Of a DNA stretch of 64,000 bases, positions 56,622 through 64,000 are shown piece by piece; position 1 is the first letter of the stretch; each line of letters starts with the position of its first letter. Source of the DNA: Prochlorococcus sp. AG-679-M23 (GTDB taxonomy: Bacteria; Cyanobacteriota; Cyanobacteriia; PCC-6307; Cyanobiaceae); the NCBI GenBank assembly GCA_003208875.1, contig QCUR01000004.1, forward strand, positions 64,001 through 128,000. Direction: 5' to 3'. Position numbers and translations under genes: made by a program. Below the pieces are notes generated by a model. That model was not told the DNA's origin. It did not search any database and saw only the letters and a program-made list of their open reading frames with translations.

Positions 56622-57740
56622 ATGAAAAAATTTATAGCATTATCTTTAATAAGTACGAGCTTTTTCATGTGTAGCAATTCAGTAAAAGCCGACCTAATAA
56701 GAGTAGTTACTTTAGGAAGTAAGAACTATAAAGTTCAACGCGTTAATGAAACAACCAATGAGGCTACTGATTTAGTTGAATTTAATCAACCTAGTGGAAT
56801 AGCATCTTCAGGTTCTTTTCTGGATTCTTACAATAGAAAACTTTATATGGCTGGTGATAGTGATGGATATACTATATATGATATTGACGCAAATACAATT
56901 ACAAAAGTACCTTACGGATTGACTGGCCAGCTTAATAATTTTGTACCTTGGGAAGGTAAAAACGTTATCAAAAAAAATGAAGATGGAACTATTCAGATAG
57001 GTGGGGATACTAATGATGTCGACATAACTTCAGAGGGTTTATCTGTTGATGGAGATCCCATAATTAGCAAGAAAGCAAATGGTGAATTACATATTGGTAA
57101 AAATTCTTGGATTACTAAAGAAGAAAACGGAAGACAAAAGGTTTATGCAAAAGATAATGCAGGAAATCCGATTCCTATTGATTACACAAATGGAACAAAA
57201 CTATTAATTAATGGAAGAGATGTTGAGCAATCGATTAATAATGTAGGGGCATTAAGTGCTGCTTTAACAGGATTACCAACCGTTCCATCTAATACGACTC
57301 TTGCCTGTGGTCTTGGAGCAGGAACTCATGGAGGTGATTTTGCTTTATCAGGAGGTTGTGCCTCTAAAGTTAATAAAACCTTATCAGTTAACTATGCGGC
57401 ATCAATGACAATGCCTGGGCAAGATTATGCAGGTGATTTTGAAGATCAGTTTTCAGCTAGAGCTGGCTTTGTTTGGCAATTAGGAAAATCAAATAAATCA
57501 ACTCAAATTAGTTTGAATCAGAAAAAAGAAATGGATCTAAAAATATCTAAACTAGAAAATAATAATGAATCTTTAAAATCTGATATTGAATTATTCAAAG
57601 AAGAAAACAAGGGACTGAAGGTTAAAAATAATGAAATTATTTCTCTAAATGCAAAGCTTATTGCGAGATTAGAAAGATTAGAAAATATTGCTTTTAAGTT
57701 ACAAAAAAATGAAGGACTTAAGTTATCACAGGGGCATTAA
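56622..57740 (+). CDS. YadA-like trimeric autotransporter / adhesin with C-terminal coiled-coil extension
   Basis: Start re-placed at MKKFIALSL...VKA signal peptide (56622); anchor-like INNVGALSAALTGLP...GLGAGTHGG..ALSGG...SARAGFVWQLG; then 84-aa tail containing heptads. Confidence 0.75.
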   Translation: MKKFIALSLISTSFFMCSNSVKADLIRVVTLGSKNYKVQRVNETTNEATDLVEFNQPSGIASSGSFLDSYNRKLYMAGDSDGYTIYDIDANTITKVPYGLTGQLNNFVPWEGKNVIKKNEDGTIQIGGDTNDVDITSEGLSVDGDPIISKKANGELHIGKNSWITKEENGRQKVYAKDNAGNPIPIDYTNGTKLLINGRDVEQSINNVGALSAALTGLPTVPSNTTLACGLGAGTHGGDFALSGGCASKVNKTLSVNYAASMTMPGQDYAGDFEDQFSARAGFVWQLGKSNKSTQISLNQKKEMDLKISKLENNNESLKSDIELFKEENKGLKVKNNEIISLNAKLIARLERLENIAFKLQKNEGLKLSQGH

Positions 57741-57828
57741 AGATAATAGTTACATCTTAATTTTCATTTATAATCACGCGCGAGATTATTGGTTGGATGT
57801 TTATCCTAATATGGAAGGGTTATATATT

Positions 57829-57859
57829 AAGAAAGGGACTGAGTTTTACCCCAATCCCT
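57829..57859 (-). terminator. Minus-strand hairpin / putative terminator downstream of the tRNA half
   Basis: AGGGAUUGGG-GUAAAA-CUCAGUCCCU: 10-bp stem with two G.U pairs, then UUCUU. Confidence 0.55.
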
Positions 57860-57897
57860 ATTTGACCAGTTAGCTAGTGTATAAGATTATCAATTTC

Positions 57898-57938
57898 ATT
57901 TTAAGTCCGGCGAGTCTACCAATTCCGCCACACTCCCA
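57898..57938 (-). pseudogene. tRNA-Leu(UAA) 5'-half fragment (direct repeat copy 2; att-like)
   Basis: GGGAGTGTGGCGGAATTGGTAGACTCGCCGGACTTAAAAT then unrelated sequence; one D-stem substitution. Confidence 0.9.
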
Positions 57939-58112
57939 AGAGGAATTTACCATTTTCCTAGCCGAAACTATCTCAATTAGACAAGAAAAATGCGAAAATT
58001 TAAATTTTCTCGCCATCTTAAAATTAATTTAAATCTTTCAATCATTAAATTAATCATTCATAAAAAATACTGTACTCATTTTTTTTATAAGTAATACAAT
58101 TTCTTTATCTTT

Positions 58113-59162
58113 TTATTTAACTACTCCCTCTACTTGCCAAGTTAAAGTTTCACCTCCATGAAATGGTTTTATTTGTCCAACAACTTTATTATTCTCAATT
58201 ACTTCAATAAATTCTGGAATTTCACGTGACCTAGATACCAATCTTATTTTTTCGTTATTGATAGGTAAATTATAAAAAGTAGGTCCATTCAAGCTAGCAA
58301 ATTTTTCGAATTGATCTAGTGCATTTTCCTCCTCAAAAACTTTTAAATAACTTTCTATTGCTACTGGAGAATTAAAAATGCCTGCACAACCACAAAAAGC
58401 TTTCCACTGTCTTAGGTGAGGAGCAGAATCTGTGCCTAAGAAAAAACATTCTTTTCCACTTGTGGCAGCTTTCCTTAAAGCAATTCTATTATTTTCTCTC
58501 TTAGCGACTGGTAGGCAGTAAAAGTCACTATTTAAACCTCCAAAGAACATTGCATTCCTATTTATGTGTAAATGATGAGGAGTAATAGTAGCTCCTAAGT
58601 TATTACTCTGAACAAAATCAACTGCATGAGAGGTGGTTATATGCTCTAAAACAATCTTTAATTTTGGAAATTGTTGTATTAAAGGTGAAAGTTCTTTATC
58701 TATAAAAACCTCTTCCCTATCAAAAATATCTACTTCAGGATCAGTTACTTCTCCATGAATTAAAAGTGGCATTCCAAGTTCTTGCATAACTTCAAATATT
58801 TCATAAAGATTTTCTATTTTTTTAACTCCATGTCTAGAGTTTGTTGTTGCATTAGCAGGATACAATTTGGCAGCAAAGAAAACTTTATTATTAAAGCCTT
58901 CTATTAATTCATGTTTTATTGTCTCGTCAGTCAGGTATATCGTCATTAATGGCTCAAACGTGGAATTACCAGATAATGCCTCAGATATAGATTTCTTATA
59001 AGAAATACATTTTTCTATAGAAGTTATTGGGTTTTTGGTATTTGGCATCACAATAGCCCTACCAAAATATTGAGAGGTAAACCTAATAATATTTTTTAAA
59101 ACAATACCTTCCCTTAAATGTAAATGCCAATCATCCGGTTTTAATATAATTAATTCTTTCAA
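58113..59162 (-). CDS. pyrC: Dihydroorotase (homodimeric type)
   Basis: PDDWHLHLR, VMPN, KLYPANATTNS, GTDSAPH. Confidence 0.96.
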   Translation of the reverse strand: MKELIILKPDDWHLHLREGIVLKNIIRFTSQYFGRAIVMPNTKNPITSIEKCISYKKSISEALSGNSTFEPLMTIYLTDETIKHELIEGFNNKVFFAAKLYPANATTNSRHGVKKIENLYEIFEVMQELGMPLLIHGEVTDPEVDIFDREEVFIDKELSPLIQQFPKLKIVLEHITTSHAVDFVQSNNLGATITPHHLHINRNAMFFGGLNSDFYCLPVAKRENNRIALRKAATSGKECFFLGTDSAPHLRQWKAFCGCAGIFNSPVAIESYLKVFEEENALDQFEKFASLNGPTFYNLPINNEKIRLVSRSREIPEFIEVIENNKVVGQIKPFHGGETLTWQVEGVVK

Positions 59163-59270
59163 AATTTTAATTATTTGATTAATCTTAACAGCAAATAAAA
59201 ATTGACAATAGTTTTAAGACAGTTAATGAACAAATTAAAGATATAATCATCTAAATAAGTCTTTCTAAAT

Positions 59271-60350
59271 ATGAGTGAATTTATATTGCCGATAATAGAG
59301 ATCATAATTGGAATAATATTACTTTTTGCAGGCGGAGAATTATTCATTCAAGGGGCCATTTCTTTATCGTTAATTTTAGGGATACCTCAAATAGTAATAG
59401 GATTAACTGTTGTTTCTTTAGGTACAAGTTCTCCTGAATTATTAGTAAGTTTAAATTCAATCTTCAAGGGGAGTGACTCACTCGCAGCAAGCAATGTGAT
59501 AGGAAGCAATATTTTTAATGTTCTTGTAGTCTTAGGAATAAGCTCATTAATAACCCCTTTAAAAGTAAAAAGTAGAATAGTCCGAAGAGATGTACCCCTT
59601 TTAATAGCTATTTCATGTGCAGTCTGGGCAATGTCTTCCACTGGTCTTTTGACTTGGCAAGCAGGAATTTTTCTAATATTCTGTTTAACTTTAAATACAC
59701 TTTGGGAAATAAATACTATTAAGGAAAATGAGGAGGATACAAAAAAAGCCGAACCAGAGATAGAAAAATCTCCAGGCATTGAAAGAGGTGAGTTAAATAT
59801 TATATTAAAATTAATTTCTGGAATTTTTCTTCTAAGCTTTGGTTCAAATATTTTAGTAAATGGTTCTCAATCCTTAGCGACTCTATTAGGGGTAAATGAA
59901 ATTATTATTGGTCTAACTATAGTTGCAACTGGTACCTCTCTGCCAGAACTAGTTACTTCAATAATTGCAGCATTGAAAGGTAAAACAGATCTTGCAATTG
60001 GTAATGTTATTGGAAGCAATTTGCTTAATCAGCTTCTTATTCTTGGAAGTTGCAGTATTTTTTCTGGATTAAAAGGGTTTACAATTGATCAAAGTCTTAT
60101 AAAAGTTGACTTACCATTTATGGTTTTAACGACTTTTGCCTGCCTCCCAATCTTTTGGAGCAAGGGTAAAATCACTAGAACTGAGGGCTTTATACTTTTA
60201 AATCTATATATTTTCTACATCGTTGATAAGATATTGTTCTTAAACGGATTTAACAATCTCTATGAATTGAGAGTTTGTATTTTTGTTTATTTTGCATTTT
60301 TAACAGTATTTCTTTTTGCCCAAGAAAGTCTCAAAATAACTAGAAGATAA
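59271..60350 (+). CDS. Calcium/sodium antiporter (CaCA, YrbG-like)
   Basis: Two alpha repeats GTSSPE...GSNIFN and GTSLPE...GSNLLN. Confidence 0.92.
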   Translation: MSEFILPIIEIIIGIILLFAGGELFIQGAISLSLILGIPQIVIGLTVVSLGTSSPELLVSLNSIFKGSDSLAASNVIGSNIFNVLVVLGISSLITPLKVKSRIVRRDVPLLIAISCAVWAMSSTGLLTWQAGIFLIFCLTLNTLWEINTIKENEEDTKKAEPEIEKSPGIERGELNIILKLISGIFLLSFGSNILVNGSQSLATLLGVNEIIIGLTIVATGTSLPELVTSIIAALKGKTDLAIGNVIGSNLLNQLLILGSCSIFSGLKGFTIDQSLIKVDLPFMVLTTFACLPIFWSKGKITRTEGFILLNLYIFYIVDKILFLNGFNNLYELRVCIFVYFAFLTVFLFAQESLKITRR

Positions 60351-60355
60351 TTTAA

Positions 60356-61735
60356 TTACCCGTACATAGTTACAAATTCCTCTGAAATAGTAGGATGCAA
60401 CGCCATAGTAGTATCAAAATCCTTTTTAGTAATCCCTGCATTTAAAGACACTGCAACCATTTGTATAATCTCAGAAGCTGCTTCTCCAAACATATGGCAG
60501 CCTAGGACCTTATCATTTTTTTTATTGACCACAAGTTTTAACATACATTTAGATTTATTTTTTTTAAAGGTATTAGACATAGGCGTAAAATTACATTTAA
60601 AAACTTGCACATTTACTTCCGAATAAATTTCATTTGCCTTTTCCTCACTTAGTCCAACTGTTGAAATTTCTGGGATAGTAAAGACTGCCTTAGGAATATT
60701 TTCATAATTAACTTTTCTTTTAAGAGCAGCGAAATAATTATCTGCAAAAACTCTCCCTTGTTCAATTGCTACAGGCGTTAAATTTGGTTTTTTTATTATA
60801 TCTCCAATAGCAAATATATTAGAATTACTTGTCTGATTAAGCTCATTAACTTCTATATATATTCCATCCATTTTTAGATTTAAAGTATCTAAATTTAATC
60901 TTTTAAGAGAAGGCTCTCGTCCAGTTGCAACAAGTATATTATCGGTTAATAATTTACTTCCTGATTCCAAGGTTGACTCTAGATCATCATTTATTTTTTT
61001 TATGGACTTTAACTGATTTTTGAATTTTAAATTTATACCTAAGGAAGTCATTGATTTTTCTAAACATTCAGATAAGTCTTTGTCAAAACCATTTAACAAG
61101 TTCTCACCTCTTATTAATTGAGTAACTTCAGTGCCTAAGTTTTTAAAAATAGATGCAAATTCACAGGCAATATAACCTCCCCCAACTATTAATAATTTCT
61201 TAGGAAAATCTTTTAATTCAAAAATATCATCGCTGCTCCACGCTAAATCTGTTCCGGGAATATTTAATTTTTTTGGTTTACCTCCAACTGAAATAAGAAT
61301 ACTTTTGGCACTTACTTTTCTTAAAATATTTTTTGTTTTTGGACAAACTACTTCTACCGTATTTTGATTTAAAAATCTTCCAAGGCCCTCAAAAACTTTA
61401 ACGTTTAATTTTTTTAAAGAATTTGAATGTAAAGCACTTAGTCTAGAAACTTCTTCCCTCACATTTTTTAGTAAAATATTAGATTCAAAAGTTATTTCTT
61501 TGCTTATTAACCCATACCCTTCAGATGAAACCATATTTTTTCTATTATTAGCAGCATAAACCATCAATTTTTTTGGCACGCAACCTCGAATAACGCAGGT
61601 CCCACCAATTTTGTTTACTTCAATTATTGCAACTTTTGCGCCATAACTCGCAGCTCGTTTTGCAGCAGCCAATCCTCCCGAACCAGCACCCACAACAATT
61701 AAGTCAAATTCAAATTCCAAAACCTTTAAAATCAT
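60356..61735 (-). CDS. gor: Glutathione-disulfide reductase
   Basis: GAGSGG, GGTCVIRGCVPKK, GGGYIA, HPTISEE. Confidence 0.94.
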   Translation of the reverse strand: MILKVLEFEFDLIVVGAGSGGLAAAKRAASYGAKVAIIEVNKIGGTCVIRGCVPKKLMVYAANNRKNMVSSEGYGLISKEITFESNILLKNVREEVSRLSALHSNSLKKLNVKVFEGLGRFLNQNTVEVVCPKTKNILRKVSAKSILISVGGKPKKLNIPGTDLAWSSDDIFELKDFPKKLLIVGGGYIACEFASIFKNLGTEVTQLIRGENLLNGFDKDLSECLEKSMTSLGINLKFKNQLKSIKKINDDLESTLESGSKLLTDNILVATGREPSLKRLNLDTLNLKMDGIYIEVNELNQTSNSNIFAIGDIIKKPNLTPVAIEQGRVFADNYFAALKRKVNYENIPKAVFTIPEISTVGLSEEKANEIYSEVNVQVFKCNFTPMSNTFKKNKSKCMLKLVVNKKNDKVLGCHMFGEAASEIIQMVAVSLNAGITKKDFDTTMALHPTISEEFVTMYG

Positions 61736-61771
61736 TTATTATATCGTAAATATAAAGCTTAAATTCAGTAA

Positions 61772-63001
61772 ATGAATAACATATTGAGTTGGCCTGATTT
61801 AAGTAAATTCAAAATTGATGATATTGATAGAGTTAATGGGATAAATAATTCTTATTCAAACTTAAGATTATTTGGGCATTGTGAAAAAGAAGTCGAACTA
61901 ATTTTCTATAGAGATCGACATTCTTGGTGCCCTTACTGTCAAAAAATATGGTTATGGCTTGAATTCAAAAGGATTCCTTACAAAGTGAAGAAAATAAATA
62001 TGTATTGTTATGGCCAAAAAGAAAAGTGGTATCTCAACAAAGTTAGTTCTGGTAAATTACCTGCAATAGAACTGAATGGCAAGATAATAACTGAAAGTGA
62101 TAATATTATTACTTTTTTAGAAAATGAATTTGGAACACTTGGTTCCTCACTATTATCAAACGATCTTAGAGAAGTTAGAAATTTAGAAAGAGAAATTTTT
62201 AGATCATGGTGTAATTGGCTTTGCAGAAAAAGCCTTAATTATTTAGATGTATCCTTTCGAAAAAAGAAATTTAGAGAATCTATTTGCAAATTAGAAAAAA
62301 TATTAAGTTTATCCAAAACAGGATTTATTGATTCACCAATACATGATTCAGAAAAATTAGAGCCAGGTACTGGAGACATAATTTTTATTCCATATATGGA
62401 AAGAATGAATGCTTCATTAAGTTATTACAAGGGGTTCGATCTAAGAAATAATTATCCTTTTATTGATAGATGGTTAACACTTTTTGAAAATTTCAGTGCA
62501 TATAGAGGTACTCAAGGTGATTTTCATACTCATTCCCATGATCTCCCTCCTCAAATGGGTGGCTGCTTTAAGGATATAAATGATCAACAAGTTTCCTTTT
62601 CTAATCTAATAGATGTTGGAGAAGGACTAGGGAGATTGGAATTTAATCAAGATACTGACATGGATTATTACGCTAAATTTGCACTTCAAAGAGTTCTAAA
62701 ACATAAAGACAATATTATTAACGCTAATCCTTATGAAAAAGACTTATTTGAGGAATCATTAAGGGCTGCTCTTACCCATATGATTACCTCCGAAATGAAT
62801 GAAGTGCCCAAAAAGGGAGCTACATCTATCAACTATTTAAAAAATAGAATTTCTGTGCCAAGAGATATGCCCATAATTTCTGCAAGGATTTTAAGACAAT
62901 CTTTAAATAAAATTGAGTCAACGAATCTTAATTCCAAAATTGATAAGATTCCAGAAAAACATAGATATGATCAAGATCCTGCAAGATTTATATTAAAATA
63001 A
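61772..63001 (+). CDS. Glutathione S-transferase family protein
   Basis: WCPYCQK, GKLPAI, ITESD; divergent from gor. Confidence 0.88.
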   Translation: MNNILSWPDLSKFKIDDIDRVNGINNSYSNLRLFGHCEKEVELIFYRDRHSWCPYCQKIWLWLEFKRIPYKVKKINMYCYGQKEKWYLNKVSSGKLPAIELNGKIITESDNIITFLENEFGTLGSSLLSNDLREVRNLEREIFRSWCNWLCRKSLNYLDVSFRKKKFRESICKLEKILSLSKTGFIDSPIHDSEKLEPGTGDIIFIPYMERMNASLSYYKGFDLRNNYPFIDRWLTLFENFSAYRGTQGDFHTHSHDLPPQMGGCFKDINDQQVSFSNLIDVGEGLGRLEFNQDTDMDYYAKFALQRVLKHKDNIINANPYEKDLFEESLRAALTHMITSEMNEVPKKGATSINYLKNRISVPRDMPIISARILRQSLNKIESTNLNSKIDKIPEKHRYDQDPARFILK

Positions 63002-63004
63002 AGA

Positions 63005-64000
63005 TTATAAATTTTTTCTTGAATCGATTTGAAGTAAATCTTTTATTTTTTGAACTTGACTGGCAACATTTGGATCACTTGACAATTTTTTTTCTACTTG
63101 CTCGATAGCATACATAACTGTTGTATGATCTTTACCTCCAAATTCATCTCCAATTTTTGGAAGGCTTAGATCAGTTCCCTGCCTCATTAGATACATGCCT
63201 ATTTGCCTTGCTTGGCTGACTGGCTTTCTTCTGCTTGAACTAACTAATTCTTCAGCTGAAACTTCAAAGAAATCTGAGACTTTTTTAATTACCTGCTTAG
63301 GAGTCACTACTACTCCAACGCTATTTGGATCAAGCATTGGAGCAATTGATTGAACTGTCATAGGTAATCCAGTTATTGAGGCAAAAGCTACTGCCCTAGT
63401 AAAGGCTCCCTCTAATTCTCTAATATTTGAAGAAAATCTTCCTGCGATAAATTGAATCAAATCTCTTGGGAGATTCATTCTTTCTTGTTCAGCTTTTTTC
63501 TGCAGAATCGCCATTCTTGTCTCTATATCAGGAGGTTGAATATCTGCTATTAATCCCATTGAGAATCTTGAAATTAGCCTTTCTTGTAATTTAGGTATTT
63601 GACTAGGAGGCCTATCACTTGCAATAACGATTTGTTTACCCGCTTCATATAAAGCATTGAAAGTATTAAAAAATTCTTCTTGTGTATATTCCTTGCCCTC
63701 CAAGAATTGTATATCGTCAATTAATAATAGATCTACTGATCTATATTTATTTTTAAAGGCATGCATTCCATCTTTTCTAATAGATTGAATTAAATCACTG
63801 CTGAAAGTTTCAGTAGAAACATATAAAACTTTCGCATCTGGATCAATTTCTACCCGATAATGACCAACAGCTTGCATCAAGTGAGTCTTTCCAAGGCCGA
63901 CACCACCACAAATAAATAAGGGATTAAATTCTCTTCCTGGAGATTCTGCCACTGCTAAAGCAGCAGCATGGGCCATTCGACTATTAGGACCTACAACAAA
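63005..64000 (-). CDS. dnaA: Chromosomal replication initiator DnaA (partial; N-terminus beyond window end)
   Basis: Frame open to window edge ([13 protein letters not shown]); [29 protein letters not shown]. Confidence 0.97.
   Translation of the reverse strand, partial: FVVGPNSRMAHAAALAVAESPGREFNPLFICGGVGLGKTHLMQAVGHYRVEIDPDAKVLYVSTETFSSDLIQSIRKDGMHAFKNKYRSVDLLLIDDIQFLEGKEYTQEEFFNTFNALYEAGKQIVIASDRPPSQIPKLQERLISRFSMGLIADIQPPDIETRMAILQKKAEQERMNLPRDLIQFIAGRFSSNIRELEGAFTRAVAFASITGLPMTVQSIAPMLDPNSVGVVVTPKQVIKKVSDFFEVSAEELVSSSRRKPVSQARQIGMYLMRQGTDLSLPKIGDEFGGKDHTTVMYAIEQVEKKLSSDPNVASQVQKIKDLLQIDSRKNL

Larger units (their letters stand above)
56396..57938. mobile_element. tRNA-Leu-anchored micro-island / integrative element remnant (no integrase)
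   Basis: Flanked by 41-bp direct repeats 1502 bp apart ending at the anticodon loop; single accessory cargo gene between core ndhL and pyrC. Confidence 0.75.

Noticed and set aside
57688..57873. 61-aa ORF at the island end
   Set aside because: TTG start inside the adhesin gene, no recognisable motif, and it overlaps two hairpins; probably spurious or a remnant.
413..59779. Numerous 60-130 aa antisense or alternative-frame ORFs (e.g. 413-616, 788-1087, 35736-36059, 38488-38850, 59387-59779)
   Set aside because: All are nested in well-supported genes and show shadow-ORF composition with no motifs.

Overview
Very AT-rich, gene-dense chromosomal segment of a marine picocyanobacterium, most consistent with a high-light Prochlorococcus (petE, ndhD, ndhL, cyAbrB, group 2 sigma factor, menB/menD, glgA/glgB; tiny intergenic gaps). 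It runs from a truncated hisS at the left edge to a truncated dnaA at the right edge and is almost all core housekeeping genes. The one clear accessory feature is a ~1.5 kb micro-island at about 56.4-58.0 kb, upstream of an intact, intron-less tRNA-Leu(UAA). It is bounded by a 41-bp (40/41 identical) copy of the tRNA 5' half plus ~75 bp of degenerate upstream sequence. It has no integrase and carries one secreted YadA-like trimeric-autotransporter gene with an atypical coiled coil after the barrel. Other points of note: a small protein with strict Gly-every-5/Met-every-10 periodicity, a comB gene that appears to need a non-canonical start overlapped by a 5-codon uORF, a proteobacterial-type thrS, and a Cys-rich group 2 sigma factor behind an 11-bp-period A/T-only repeat. 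All gene calls come from recognising motifs by eye; no searches were run.
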